64,000 nt of DNA from an uncultured Candidatus Saccharibacteria bacterium (GTDB lineage Bacteria > Patescibacteriota > Saccharimonadia > Saccharimonadales > UBA7683): contig CAYNKQ010000001.1 in the NCBI GenBank assembly GCA_964397855.1, positions 38,046 to 102,045 of the forward strand, in the 5' to 3' direction. Under the pieces are notes generated by a model. That model saw nothing but the letters and a program-made list of their open reading frames with translations. It was not told the DNA's origin and made no database searches. The translations under genes and the position numbers were made by a program. Of this stretch, positions 9,348-19,782 are shown in pieces. Each line of letters starts with the position of its first letter. Position 1 is the first letter of the stretch.

Positions 9348-11036
9348 GTGATGGAAGCCGGGACATCGAAGTTTGCTATACTAATGAACATAAGCGGTAC
9401 GCTACTCATGAAAAACGAAAAGCAACGAAAACTATTACAGATCACAAGCGGCGGGTTGATAGCCCTAGGCACGGCGGTGCTGCTTGGTTGGTTAGCGGTT
9501 TCACCGAGTCGCCTTGCGCAGGTATCCGAACCCAAGACTCCAGACATACGTGTTTTTCAAAGCGAGGCTACAAAACTTGGTAATTCAAAAACGGACCCAG
9601 AGCCTGCTACCCCTCGGACCGAGCGTTCCACCGATGGGGGCGTAAAAGTGAGCGGTGAACTGCCTACGCCTACAAAGGGAACGCAGGAAAAAAAGTATTA
9701 CGTTCTTGCTGATCCTAACGATACTTATTATAGCTCGCAGTGGTATTTGCAGACGGTCAGGGCACCCCAAGCATGGTCTACAACCACTGGTAGCCCAGGC
9801 GTTAAGGTTGCGGTCATCGACACAGGTTTTGCGCTTTCTCACGGCGATCTTACTGCCAGCTGGCAGTACAACTCTGGCGAACAAGGTGGCGGCAAAGAAA
9901 CCGACGGCATAGATAACGACGGAAACGGGTACGTTGATGACTACAGAGGATGGGATTTCTTCTCTTCAGACAACAGCCCTCAGGCAGGTAGTGTGAATCC
10001 TAGTGGAGAAGGTGTCTCTCATGGAACCGAGGTTGCCGGACTAGTTGGCGCAAAGGGCAATAACGGGGTTGGTGTTACTGCCGTGAGCCAGAGCGTCTCA
10101 ATTCTGCCTCTACAGGTGCTTTCTGATGAGGGTACAGGTTATAGTGATGATATTGCAAACGCTATTCGTTATGCTGTTGATTCAGGCGTAGCAGTGATAA
10201 ATATGAGCTTAGGCACAAACGGAGACGACCCAATTGTTCGTAGTGCCGTTGATTACGCCGCTGATCATAATGTTGTGGTTGTGGCCGCTGCTGGCAATTG
10301 TGGAAACAGCACGATTGGGATGTGTGCAGGCGAGGTAGCCGGCTATATTACGTTCCCTGGAAGTTACAACCGAGTGATTGCGGTTGGTGCTACGACCGCA
10401 GCAAACCAACGAGCCAGCTTCAGTAGCTACGGAGAACGGCTCGATGTAGTAGCGCCGGGATCAGGTACTATCATTTCACCGACCTGGTCCTCTACTAACG
10501 GCACATCGCTTTACTCAAGCTCGCTCTACGGAACATCTTACGCATCGCCAATTGTTGCAAGTACCGCAGCGCTTATACGGTCTATACGACCAAGCACAAG
10601 TGTTGACGATGTTCGGGCTTTACTCATGGCGGGCGCAAGTAAGCAACCGGGGATGAACAACCTCTTTTATACGCAAGATTATGGCCATGGTATTGTTGAT
10701 GTCGCAAAGGCTATAGCTGTAGCCAGCGAGTTAAATGCAAGTATCGAACAAACACCATCGATTTTCAGCGATTCTGAAGTGCGTCCTCAGCATGATTTTG
10801 GCTTGAGTGAAACTTTTGCAAAAGGCTGCTCAGCGCCACCAAATACATGGTGTACAGTGTCATTGAGCAGTGAGCAAACAAATTTTGAGCGATATTTTCC
10901 CTATTCCCGTGTTGGGTCAGATTCCACGGTAAGCTGGATTTACAATCAAGCGTCATTAAGTCCCGGCGACTGGAAGGCGAGGGCTCGCCAAGGCAATAGT
11001 CTCTCTCAAAACATGATCGATTTTAAGTATAAATAA
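9348..11036 (+). CDS. Subtilisin-like serine peptidase (S8 family), membrane-anchored or secreted
   Basis: 562 aa. Catalytic triad motifs VAVIDTGF (Asp), HGTEVAG (His) and GTSYASPIVA (Ser). N-terminal TM/signal anchor LIALGTAVLLGWLAV. The true start may lie at a downstream Met. Confidence 0.8.
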   Translation: MMEAGTSKFAILMNISGTLLMKNEKQRKLLQITSGGLIALGTAVLLGWLAVSPSRLAQVSEPKTPDIRVFQSEATKLGNSKTDPEPATPRTERSTDGGVKVSGELPTPTKGTQEKKYYVLADPNDTYYSSQWYLQTVRAPQAWSTTTGSPGVKVAVIDTGFALSHGDLTASWQYNSGEQGGGKETDGIDNDGNGYVDDYRGWDFFSSDNSPQAGSVNPSGEGVSHGTEVAGLVGAKGNNGVGVTAVSQSVSILPLQVLSDEGTGYSDDIANAIRYAVDSGVAVINMSLGTNGDDPIVRSAVDYAADHNVVVVAAAGNCGNSTIGMCAGEVAGYITFPGSYNRVIAVGATTAANQRASFSSYGERLDVVAPGSGTIISPTWSSTNGTSLYSSSLYGTSYASPIVASTAALIRSIRPSTSVDDVRALLMAGASKQPGMNNLFYTQDYGHGIVDVAKAIAVASELNASIEQTPSIFSDSEVRPQHDFGLSETFAKGCSAPPNTWCTVSLSSEQTNFERYFPYSRVGSDSTVSWIYNQASLSPGDWKARARQGNSLSQNMIDFKYK

Positions 11037-11043
11037 GATCAAA

Positions 11044-12870
11044 CTACTCCACCGTAACAGATTTAGCAAGATTTCGCGGCCTATCGACATCAAGTTTTCT
11101 TTCAACCGCTACGTAGTAGGCAAATAGGTGCATGACAACCGCGCTTAGTATCGGTTGAAGCTGTGGCAGGGTTTTGGGCACTACGATTACGTCATTAGCC
11201 AAGGCTGTTAGTTCTGTATTTTTTGAATCGGTAATTGCGATAACTTTGCCTTTTCTGGCACGGATTTCTTCAATGCTAGAAACAGTTTTAGCAAAAAGGT
11301 CGTCGTGTGGGGCGATAGCAAAAGTAGGAAAGTCGGGATCAACCATAGCAAGCGGTCCGTGCTTCATTTCACCGGCAGCGTAGCCCTCGGCGTGAAGATA
11401 GCTTACTTCTTTGAGCTTTAGAGCGCCTTCGGCTGCCGCAGGGTAGCCGTAACGACGTCCAATATAGAGCATGTTCTTGTATCCAGAATACTTCTTGGCT
11501 ACTTTCTGGATGGCTGCTTTCTGGTCGAGAATGGTCTGAACCTTGGCATCGAGTACAGAAAGTTCTTCGAGCATAGGCATGTATAGCTCACTGGTGCCTT
11601 GAGCGAGACTGAGTGCAATTAAGCTAAGTACTGAAACCTGGGCCACAAACGCTTTTGTAGATGCAACAGAGCGCTCTGGGCCAGCGTGACAGTATACGCC
11701 AGCATCGGTCATGCGTGCGATTGTGGATCCGGGTGCGTTTACAACACCAAGTCGAAGTACGCCGTACTTTTCTACTTTTTTTAGTGCCGCGATAGTATCG
11801 GCGGTTTCGCCAGACTGTGATATTGCTAGTAGCGCAGTGCTTCGTGAGAAGGGCTCATTGCGGTATTTGAACTCTGAAGCTAGCTGGACTTCAACGGGGA
11901 TGCCGGCGAGTTCTTCGATTAAGTACTCGCCAATGAGGCCCGCGAAATACGAGGTACCACAAGCTACAATAACGATTCGGTTGATAAACTTTAGCTGTTC
12001 TTGGACATTTTCTAGCCCACCGAGTTTAACCGTGCGGGTTTCGAGTCGTATTCTTCCAGCGGTTGCCGCACGGATAGTCTCAGGGGCATCGTGGATCTCT
12101 TTTATGAGGAAGTGATCGAAGCCTCCTTTGCTCGCCTCAAGTATCTGTTCGCTCCACTTCTCGGGTAGCTTTGATACCGGAGTTTTATTTTGAAAGTTGG
12201 TTACGGTAAACGAGTTCTTGGTGCAGCGGACGTATTCATAGTCATCAAGAAACAAGAGTTCACTGAATTGTTTCGGTAGCGCGGTCGGATCAGACGCGAT
12301 GTAGTGGCCGCTTTTGGCGACGCCGACTACTAGTGGACTTGAGAGTTTGGCGCCGTATATTACGTCCGGCTCGCTGCTACTGGCCATAGCGATAGCGTAT
12401 GCACCGCGAAGTTCGTTTAAGCAGGCTTCAAAAGCCTTTCTAGCACTACCTAGCTTTTCGAAGTGGTACTGGAGTAGGTGGGGTATTACCTCTGTATCTG
12501 TTTGAGACTGAAAGACGTAACCTTCTTGTTCTAAAAAGAGGCGCAGCTCATTGTGGTTTTCGATAATGCCATTATGAACAACCGAGAAGGTTTTATCGGC
12601 ACTTGAGTGCGGGTGAGAATTTGCAAGCGTCACTTCGCCGTGAGTGGCCCAGCGTGTATGGCCTATTCCAGCTGTTGCTTTGTGGGGAGACTTGTCGATC
12701 AGCTGGGTGAGTTGGCCGACTCTACCGACACTTTTAAGTTCTACGAGGCCGCTGTCTTCAACTAATGCCACTCCTGCTGAATCATAGCCTCGGTATTCTA
12801 GCGCTGCCAGGCCTTCAAGCAGCAAGTTGGTTGCATTGTTGGTTCCGTTATATCCGACGATTCCGCACAT
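11044..12870 (-). CDS. glmS: Glutamine--fructose-6-phosphate aminotransferase
   Basis: 608 aa. N-terminal MCGIVGY (class-II glutamine amidotransferase Cys1), two SIS domains and the C-terminal ...NLAKSVTVE typical of GlmS. Confidence 0.9.
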   Translation of the reverse strand: MCGIVGYNGTNNATNLLLEGLAALEYRGYDSAGVALVEDSGLVELKSVGRVGQLTQLIDKSPHKATAGIGHTRWATHGEVTLANSHPHSSADKTFSVVHNGIIENHNELRLFLEQEGYVFQSQTDTEVIPHLLQYHFEKLGSARKAFEACLNELRGAYAIAMASSSEPDVIYGAKLSSPLVVGVAKSGHYIASDPTALPKQFSELLFLDDYEYVRCTKNSFTVTNFQNKTPVSKLPEKWSEQILEASKGGFDHFLIKEIHDAPETIRAATAGRIRLETRTVKLGGLENVQEQLKFINRIVIVACGTSYFAGLIGEYLIEELAGIPVEVQLASEFKYRNEPFSRSTALLAISQSGETADTIAALKKVEKYGVLRLGVVNAPGSTIARMTDAGVYCHAGPERSVASTKAFVAQVSVLSLIALSLAQGTSELYMPMLEELSVLDAKVQTILDQKAAIQKVAKKYSGYKNMLYIGRRYGYPAAAEGALKLKEVSYLHAEGYAAGEMKHGPLAMVDPDFPTFAIAPHDDLFAKTVSSIEEIRARKGKVIAITDSKNTELTALANDVIVVPKTLPQLQPILSAVVMHLFAYYVAVERKLDVDRPRNLAKSVTVE

Positions 12871-12986
12871 GGGCTCAGCTCCTTTTTAACGCGTACAATA
12901 TGGTTAGGTTGTTTCAGCTACTATGCTGCAGGTCTTAACTCTACGCTTCAAAATAGCTAGTATCTATAGTTTTTGGTAACAATTAA

Positions 12987-13014
12987 TTGACAAAATATAA
13001 TCTATAAATACAAT
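12987..13014 (+). promoter_or_regulatory. Sigma70-like promoter (TTGACA-16 nt-TACAAT) immediately upstream of the TrmB-like gene, implying a leaderless or short-leader transcript
   Basis: TTGACA at 12987-12992 and TACAAT at 13009-13014. The ATG at 13021 lies only 6 nt downstream. Confidence 0.4.
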
Positions 13015-13020
13015 CAAAGT

Positions 13021-13782
13021 ATGAACAAAGAGGACACTCAGCTCTATAAGCTACTCACAGGAATGGGTTTCGAAGGCACCGATGCACGCGTATATGAGTC
13101 TCTTTTGGGGCTTGAGTCCGTTTCAGTTCGGAAAGCAGCGGCAGCCTCGGGCATTAATAGGGGTACCACGTATGAATCTATGAAGCGCTTAGTTGCTGCT
13201 GGACTGATTAGTACTCATCGTAAGGGCCAGCGCGAATATTTTGTTGCAGAATCTCCAGAAGCACTCTATGCAGCCGTTTCGGAAAAGAAGAAAGATCTAC
13301 AAGATGTTGAAAAACTTGCGCATGAAATTGTGCCACAACTACTAGCAAAAAGACCACAGGTGACCGGCAAGCCCTTAGTGCGGTACTTTGAGGACGATGC
13401 GGGTGTGGTCGCTATCTTAAAAGATGTGCTCAGTACTGCGGCAGACCAAGACAGTCGAAAGTATTATGTGTATTCTTCACGTCAACTAAGGAGTTATCTG
13501 TATCGTAAGTTTCCGCATTTCACCGAGAGGCGAGTTAAGCAAAAGATCTCGGTAGACGTTATTGCTATAGGTGAAGGCGGTGACCCAGAGTTGCTCAGTA
13601 CCCGCAAATGGATGCCGACATCGCCTCAGGGCCCAACGGGTAGCTACACCATTATTTATGGCGACAAAGTAGCCCACATCTCCTTAGCAGACACGTTCAT
13701 ACCATATGGAGTTGTTATTGAAGATGCCAGTGTAGCCGCAATGCAACGGCTGCAGTTTGAGCAGCTCTGGAAATCGCTCTAG
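13021..13782 (+). CDS. TrmB-like sugar-responsive transcriptional regulator
   Basis: 253 aa. N-terminal winged-HTH resembling the TrmB family (YKLLTGMGFEGTDARVYESLL...SVRKAAAASGINRGTTYESMKRLVAAGLI). Confidence 0.55.
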   Translation: MNKEDTQLYKLLTGMGFEGTDARVYESLLGLESVSVRKAAAASGINRGTTYESMKRLVAAGLISTHRKGQREYFVAESPEALYAAVSEKKKDLQDVEKLAHEIVPQLLAKRPQVTGKPLVRYFEDDAGVVAILKDVLSTAADQDSRKYYVYSSRQLRSYLYRKFPHFTERRVKQKISVDVIAIGEGGDPELLSTRKWMPTSPQGPTGSYTIIYGDKVAHISLADTFIPYGVVIEDASVAAMQRLQFEQLWKSL

Positions 13783-13849
13783 AATATAAGCATTTACTTT
13801 TTCTAAATAATAAACCCTCGCGAAGCGAGACAACTATTCCACCCATTCA

Positions 13850-14060
13850 CTCAAGACCCGAACCCCGGAAGCTGCTTTTTCTTGAGTCAAGGAGTGACTT
13901 GCCTGAGTACACAAAAGAGACAAGCGAAGGATGCTTGTCATCGTCACGACGCAAGAAAAAGGAGCTGGAGGGGTATCGAGGCTTGGGTGTTATGGGTGTG
14001 CTTTTATCTTACTTTTGGCAGCAAAAGTGAGAGGAGAAAGATGCAAGAAGAAGCTGGTTG
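13850..14060. repeat. Copy B of the ~205-bp structured repeat family
   Basis: Aligns end to end with 9106-9310. Lies between convergent genes, so it is not a 5-prime UTR. ORF 13882..14088 overlaps it and is probably spurious. Confidence 0.5.
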
Positions 14061-14099
14061 GGAGAGATGGAGGGTTGGAGAAGTTTAGGGCGTAGAGAT

Positions 14100-14460
14100 G
14101 GGAAGCTGATGTGTTGTGGACTGGATTCCTGTACGCCACGGCGCATCTAGGACCTTCGCAGGAATGACGAAAGACGGGAAGTTGAATACTTGATGATTGG
14201 ATCCCAAATCAAGTTTGGGATGACACTCCTTCGCTGAAGCTATGGAGTGCAGGCAGGACCAGGGGAATTGATTGCTGCTGATTGGATCCCAAACCCGCCT
14301 GTCTGGCCGACAGAACGGGCAGGTCAAGTTTGGGATGACGCTGCTTGGCTAAGGCTATGGAATACAGGCAAGACAGGGACCTGAAGATTACTGATTGGAT
14401 CCTTCCACTCCAGTCAGGATGACAGGCCAGGGGTTGGTAACTAAACTATTTGCCACTCAT
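14100..14460. repeat. Tandem array of REP-like units (TGATTGGATCC-hairpin-GGATGAC-...cttcgctgaagctatggagtgcaggcagg)
   Basis: Three to four degenerate ~90-bp units. Each has a small hairpin (atcccaaa/tttgggat) between GATTGGATCC and GGATGAC. One unit has an extra nested hairpin. Shares the ccttcgcagg block with 7365-7440. Confidence 0.55.
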
Positions 14461-14468
14461 CTACCAGA

Positions 14469-15623
14469 CTACTGACCAGTCTCCATTTTTGAAGCAATAA
14501 ATGCGCTGATTTGCTTTGCAAATTCTTTGGCAGAGAAGACTTCTGTAGACTTGGTTATATAATCTGGTTTGAAATCCACACTTCTGGATGTTTCTATGGC
14601 TTCGACTAACGACTCAACTGTTTGTTCCTCAAAAAATACTCCAGTTTTGCCAGGTTCAATGTAATCAAGCGCACCGCCCGAGCGGAAGGCGATTACTGGA
14701 ACACCAAGCGCAAGTGCTTCAACCGGAGCAATACCAAAATCTTCCTCACCAGGGAATAGAAAGGCCTCTGCAGATACAGCCTGATCTACGAGTTCATCGT
14801 GGGGCAGCCTACCCGTAAAGGTTATTGTGGGTCCAGCAATCATTTTAAGCGCTTCAGTTTCTGGTCCGCTGCCAACTACTGTAAGGGGTAACTTGAGTTG
14901 GTTGCAGGCTCTAATGGCAAGGTCAAAGCGTTTGTATGGGACGTGCCTGCCCCACGTTACAAAACCAGAAGGGGTAGAACTTAGCGCTTGATGCTTAGCG
15001 CTTGAGAATGTCTTAACATCTACTGGCGGATGAATAATAACACTATCACGGCCATAATACTTTTTAATGTCATTTTGAATATGCGACGAATTCGCAATAA
15101 AATAGTCAACACCTCGCGCAGCTTGGTAGTCTCGTTTGCGAAGTGGTTTAACGAGCAACTTTAGGCCAGTTCGCACAAGCCATTTGGGTCTGAAGCTTGG
15201 ATTCTTTAGATATTCTGAATATTTACGCCAATAAAAATGTGTTGGTGTGTGCGTGTAGCTGATATGGATAGTTGGCTTTTTAACTCTTACAAACCGAGCC
15301 TCACCGTTGCCACAGCTACTGATCACTAGATCAAAATTAGAAAGGTTGAGATTTTTAAACCAATGCTGTCGTAGTACCGGCAAGAACTTGCGCAGTGGTG
15401 CAAATGGCCAACGCTGTAGGTAGCCAGTGACGACTGTATTGTTGAGTCGCTCACGCCATTCGTCGCTACAGTAAGAGGTGTAAATGGGTGCTTCGGGATA
15501 CAGTTTGTGTAGTTCTTCAACCACTAGCTCCGCACCACCACCGTAAAGCCAATCATGAACAATGGCGACTCGCGGAACGCGAATACTTGATACTTGATAT
15601 TTGATATTTGAATTTTTAGGCAT
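14469..15623 (-). CDS. Glycosyltransferase family 4 (GT-B fold)
   Basis: 384 aa. C-terminal EEDFGIAPVEALALGVPVIAF is the GT4 E-x7-E signature. Sits in the polysaccharide gene cluster. Confidence 0.75.
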   Translation of the reverse strand: MPKNSNIKYQVSSIRVPRVAIVHDWLYGGGAELVVEELHKLYPEAPIYTSYCSDEWRERLNNTVVTGYLQRWPFAPLRKFLPVLRQHWFKNLNLSNFDLVISSCGNGEARFVRVKKPTIHISYTHTPTHFYWRKYSEYLKNPSFRPKWLVRTGLKLLVKPLRKRDYQAARGVDYFIANSSHIQNDIKKYYGRDSVIIHPPVDVKTFSSAKHQALSSTPSGFVTWGRHVPYKRFDLAIRACNQLKLPLTVVGSGPETEALKMIAGPTITFTGRLPHDELVDQAVSAEAFLFPGEEDFGIAPVEALALGVPVIAFRSGGALDYIEPGKTGVFFEEQTVESLVEAIETSRSVDFKPDYITKSTEVFSAKEFAKQISAFIASKMETGQ

Positions 15624-16023
15624 GGTCTTTGAAGTACTTTAAAATAGCGGTGATCTGTTTGTGGATAGACTCAACTTGCCCAATTATTACACTGGCATCT
15701 TCTTCGGTGACATATTCAAGTCGAGTCGTGAGGTAGATGAAGTTCTTTGTTTCTAGCAACGATCCAAGCGCGATGTGATAAAAGTGCGCCCTGTCTTTAA
15801 GGGTCATCCTTCCAAAGCCTTCGGCAATGTTTGCAGATACTGAGCTGGAGGCTCTCTGGACTTGGCTGGTAATGCCGTACTTTTCCTCCGCCGGGAAGGT
15901 ATAAGTAAGCTTGTATACAGAAACAGCCATGTCTTGCGACTCTTGCCACACCGTCATATCTTCAAATCGCGTAAGTTTGGTTGGGTGTTTGTTCATCCTG
16001 CCAATGCTCCTTTCAAATATCAT
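15616..16023 (-). CDS. Four-helix-bundle protein (23S rRNA intervening-sequence protein family)
   Basis: 135-aa ORF. Core ~110 aa matches this family (TVWQESQDMAVSVYKLT...ANIAEGFGR...LETKNFIYL). The true start is probably an internal Met. Confidence 0.65.
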   Translation of the reverse strand: MIFERSIGRMNKHPTKLTRFEDMTVWQESQDMAVSVYKLTYTFPAEEKYGITSQVQRASSSVSANIAEGFGRMTLKDRAHFYHIALGSLLETKNFIYLTTRLEYVTEEDASVIIGQVESIHKQITAILKYFKDHA

Positions 16024-16049
16024 CCATTAGGTATCAAATATACGAACTA

Positions 16050-17468
16050 CTACTTAGCTCCGCCCCCGCGGAGTACTGAGAAAACAGTTCGTAGTATTAT
16101 CTGAAGATCCATCCAGATGCTCCAGTTTTGAACATAGTACATGTCGAGTTTGCGGCGTTCTTCGAAACTGATATCTTTACGACCAGAGATCTGAGCTAGA
16201 CCCGTAAGCCCAGACTTCACACTGAGAATAAGGCTTTTGAATTCATAGTTTTCAAGTTCTCTTGGCACGAGTGCTCTTGGTCCAACAAGGCTGATATCTC
16301 CCCTGATCACATTGATAAGCTGCGGCAGCTCGTCGAGACTTGTTCGGCGCATGAATCTACCAAGCTTTGTCTCACGGGGGTCGTCTTCAAGCTGATCACC
16401 ATTATCACGATACTGCTTCAGTAGGTCGGGTCGGCCCATTTTAGCAAAGGCATCTTCGGGCAGTAAGCCGTTGTAGGTGGCGTTGTGTGAACGGAATTTG
16501 TAAATGGAAATAGCCTTGTTAAAACGAGAAAGTCTTTTTTGTCGAAAAAGTATTTGGCCCCTTGGTTCACTTATTTTCATAGCTACACAGATGAGTAGGA
16601 TTATTGGTGAAAATACGACAAGACCGATTGTTCCACCAACAATGTCGACAGCTCTTTTTACAGCACGACCATACCCAATCAAAGGTGTGGTGTGAACGTT
16701 GATTATCGGGAATGCACCAAGAAGCTCTACGGAATGTTTCGACGTGAATAGTGCGCTATGGCTTGGAATAAACTGGTAATCGAGGTGGTTTTCGATCGAC
16801 TGGTTGTACACTTTTGTAACATCTTCACTATCTGTTTGAATAATCGTGTGCACTTCTGTTTGTTCTATTGCAGAGCTGAGCGACTTAAACTGCAAGGCTT
16901 GTAGTGGTTCATAGATGTGTTTTTTGTTAGCCACGACCGCGACAACCTCAAGGCCTGACTGAACGTTGCCCGAAAGGTATTTACTGAGAAAGTATGTTGT
17001 TTCGCTGTTTCCAACCAGTGCTACGCGGATAATGCCGAAACCGTGACGGTAGAGATAAAGGCGTAAAAAACGTAGTAGTGTGCGTATAGACCACAACAGC
17101 AAAAAACTAATGACAGCAGCATAGATTGGAATGAGCTTTGCTGGGAAGATAACTTCTTTAGAGAAGAAGTCAAAGGTGACTAGCAGTAACATGCCGGCTA
17201 CGGCACCCACTATGAGGCGAATGGCCTCTTTTGGTCGGCGTTCGTAGTTTCGCTTAGTGTAGAGCCCAAGCACCGAGAACATGCCAAGCCAAATTGGCAG
17301 AAGCGTCGCAATGATCATAATGTATGTAAGTGCAGCAACTGGAGTGGCAACCGGTCTTGGATCAAGCGTTACCCGCAGAACGAACGCCAGGCTAAAGGCC
17401 AGCATGAGAGCGAGTGCATCTCCGGCGAGGAGTAGTAGTTTATAAATAAATGAAAAGTTCTGTTTCAT
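16050..17468 (-). CDS. Polyprenyl-phosphate hexose-1-phosphate transferase (WbaP/bacterial sugar transferase family)
   Basis: 472 aa. N-terminal TM helices and a C-terminal bacterial sugar transferase domain (...[16 protein letters not shown]...). Confidence 0.8.
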   Translation of the reverse strand: MKQNFSFIYKLLLLAGDALALMLAFSLAFVLRVTLDPRPVATPVAALTYIMIIATLLPIWLGMFSVLGLYTKRNYERRPKEAIRLIVGAVAGMLLLVTFDFFSKEVIFPAKLIPIYAAVISFLLLWSIRTLLRFLRLYLYRHGFGIIRVALVGNSETTYFLSKYLSGNVQSGLEVVAVVANKKHIYEPLQALQFKSLSSAIEQTEVHTIIQTDSEDVTKVYNQSIENHLDYQFIPSHSALFTSKHSVELLGAFPIINVHTTPLIGYGRAVKRAVDIVGGTIGLVVFSPIILLICVAMKISEPRGQILFRQKRLSRFNKAISIYKFRSHNATYNGLLPEDAFAKMGRPDLLKQYRDNGDQLEDDPRETKLGRFMRRTSLDELPQLINVIRGDISLVGPRALVPRELENYEFKSLILSVKSGLTGLAQISGRKDISFEERRKLDMYYVQNWSIWMDLQIILRTVFSVLRGGGAK

Positions 17469-17505
17469 GGTGTGATTCTACCCAAGCATTGTACCATTTT
17501 CCGGG

Positions 17506-18861
17506 GTGGCTATAATAGGAGGTAACGTGAATCAAGTTATTACCAAAAATAGTAGATCAGTACAAATACTCCAAGCAATAGTTGTCTTAGTAGTTGTTTT
17601 AGTGCCATTTTACGCATTTTTTACTACTTGGTTGAGCACGGTAACTGGAGGTCTACTGGTTCTTAGGGCCTGGAAAGAACTACTACTTTTGCCAGCGGTT
17701 TGCATAGCTGTTTATATTTTATGTAAAGACGCTACCCTCAGAAAACGGTTTTTCCAGGAAAAGCTCATTCGTATAATGCTAGTTTTTGCAGCTTGGCTTC
17801 TGGTGGCAACGCTTCTTCATGGTGGCGGTGCTCAGTCGATTGCACTTGGACTTGCAATTCAGCTGAGGCTCTTTGTAATTTTTATGCTCGCGCGTATTGT
17901 TGCCTATTATCGGCCGCCTTCTCGCCAATTACTTGAAAGGATTATTCTTATTCCAGTTGTGGGGGTGGTTAGTTTTGGGCTTCTTCAGATGTTTGTACTG
18001 CCCTATGATTTTTTAAAACACTTTGGGTACCAAAAAGATCTTACGATTCCGCCCTACTTTACAATTGACGAACAGCTGAACAAGATTCGCATAGCCAGTA
18101 CCTTAAGGGGTCCAAACCCATTAGGCGTATATTTGATTCTTCCGATTCTGGTGGTCGCCCAAAAGGTTTGGGAGAAAAAGAAGCCGTTGCTTGGCTATGG
18201 CGTGTTACTTGCTGCGAGCTTGGTTGTGTTATACGGCAGTCATTCTAGGGGGGCATGGATTGGAACTATGGCTGCACTCGTGGTTTGGATATTGCTCACG
18301 GTTTCTAGAAAGGCCAAGTTAGTTTTAATATCACTAGCTCTGTTGCTAGGTATGGCAAGTGGGTTGGCAATTTATACTTATAGAAACACAGGTTTTGTAC
18401 AGGACGTGGTGTTGCATGACAACCCAGAAGCAGGCGGTGAAATTAGTTCCAATCAGGGTCATCTTGATTCAGCTAAGGTGGCGGTCGATGATATTTTGAA
18501 TAATCCAGTTGACGGTTGTGGTGCAGGTTGTGCTGGCCCAGCCTCTGTCAGAAGTAAGGAAGGTCCAAATTTTGCTGAAAACTATTATCTGCAGACAGCC
18601 CAAGAAGCGGGTACGGTTGGTTTGCTATTGCTACTAACCATATCGGGATTGCTTGCCTACGCGTTGCTGGTACGTTCTCGCTGGAATTCTCTCGACAGAT
18701 TGCTTCTTGCTGCGTTTGTAGGAGTAAGTATTGCTAGCCTATTTGCGCACAGCTGGGCAGATGACACGGTGGCATATTTGTGGTGGGGGATTGCCGGTCT
18801 AAATATGACATGGCCAGCGGTTAAATCTGCTAAGAAGCCAGAATCTAGTGAAACTAGCTAA
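17506..18861 (+). CDS. Polytopic membrane protein, O-antigen ligase/polymerase-like (Wzy_C)
   Basis: 451 aa with ~10 predicted TM helices. Contains a Wzy_C-like loop region with YGSHSRGAW. Located in the polysaccharide cluster. Confidence 0.5.
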   Translation: MAIIGGNVNQVITKNSRSVQILQAIVVLVVVLVPFYAFFTTWLSTVTGGLLVLRAWKELLLLPAVCIAVYILCKDATLRKRFFQEKLIRIMLVFAAWLLVATLLHGGGAQSIALGLAIQLRLFVIFMLARIVAYYRPPSRQLLERIILIPVVGVVSFGLLQMFVLPYDFLKHFGYQKDLTIPPYFTIDEQLNKIRIASTLRGPNPLGVYLILPILVVAQKVWEKKKPLLGYGVLLAASLVVLYGSHSRGAWIGTMAALVVWILLTVSRKAKLVLISLALLLGMASGLAIYTYRNTGFVQDVVLHDNPEAGGEISSNQGHLDSAKVAVDDILNNPVDGCGAGCAGPASVRSKEGPNFAENYYLQTAQEAGTVGLLLLLTISGLLAYALLVRSRWNSLDRLLLAAFVGVSIASLFAHSWADDTVAYLWWGIAGLNMTWPAVKSAKKPESSETS

Positions 18862-19747
18862 TTTTTTCGAGTAGGTACTGTCGGAAATCTTCGCCAACAG
18901 ATTCATCTTTAAGTGCAAAGTCAGCTACTGTTTTAAGATATTCAAGCTTATTGCCTGTGTCGTAGTAGCGTGCGTTTTCAATCTTCATAGCATAAAGACC
19001 GAACCCATCTGTGATCATCTGCCGCATTGCGGGCTGCACCTGAAATTCGCCTTTTTGATGATCGTGATCTTCTAGAAGTTTTTCAAGAAATGGGAATATT
19101 TCAGGGGTAAGAAGGTAGCCGCCAACGCTTGCAAGGTTGGAACTTGTATTTGCTCTACCTGGTTTTTCAACTATCGATTCCATTTTAACTAGTCCTGACT
19201 GCGTCTGTTCGCCTTCTATAATGCCGTAACGGTCAAACTCTTCGTCGAGATGTATTTCGAGACAAGGAAGCACTGGGCCACCTGTCTGTTGGTAGGCTTC
19301 AATCATTTTTTTAAAGTGATTTGGCTGGGCAAGTATAAGATCATCTGCGTAGGTGAATATAAACGGCTCATCACCAACGAGGTGCCGCACATTCATAACA
19401 GGAGTAGCATTGCCGTATGGGCCCTTTTGTCGAACGTAGGCGAAGTTAGCTAGATTACTGATCTTTTCAGTTTTTGCGAGTAGCTCTGTTTTTCCTCCAG
19501 CTGCAAGATTCGCTTTTAGGTCTGCACTAATTTCATCAAAATGATCTTCGATTGAGCGTTTGTGATAGCCAGTGACGATAATAATATCTTCAATGCCAGC
19601 GGCTACAAGCTCTTCAACAATGTACTGAATAACAGGCTTATCTAAGATCGGTAGCATCTCTTTAGGCATTGCTTTGGTTTGTGGTAAAAATCTGGTGCCG
19701 AACCCAGCTGCGGCAATGACTGCCTTGCGGACTTTTGTTTCGCTCAT
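18854..19747 (-). CDS. galU: UTP--glucose-1-phosphate uridylyltransferase
   Basis: 297 aa. N-terminal AVIAAAGFGTRFLP plus LPILDKPVIQYIVEE motifs of GalU-type nucleotidyltransferases. Confidence 0.8.
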   Translation of the reverse strand: MSETKVRKAVIAAAGFGTRFLPQTKAMPKEMLPILDKPVIQYIVEELVAAGIEDIIIVTGYHKRSIEDHFDEISADLKANLAAGGKTELLAKTEKISNLANFAYVRQKGPYGNATPVMNVRHLVGDEPFIFTYADDLILAQPNHFKKMIEAYQQTGGPVLPCLEIHLDEEFDRYGIIEGEQTQSGLVKMESIVEKPGRANTSSNLASVGGYLLTPEIFPFLEKLLEDHDHQKGEFQVQPAMRQMITDGFGLYAMKIENARYYDTGNKLEYLKTVADFALKDESVGEDFRQYLLEKIS

Positions 19748-19782
19748 GCTTCTAGACTAACATACGGTATACTGGGGGCAAT

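Noticed and set aside
9197-9583. ORFs 9197..9583, 13882..14088 and 14085..14327 predicted over the intergenic repeats
   Set aside because: They fall entirely within the two non-coding repeat families. Their reading frames are not conserved between the repeat copies, and the sequences are low-complexity.
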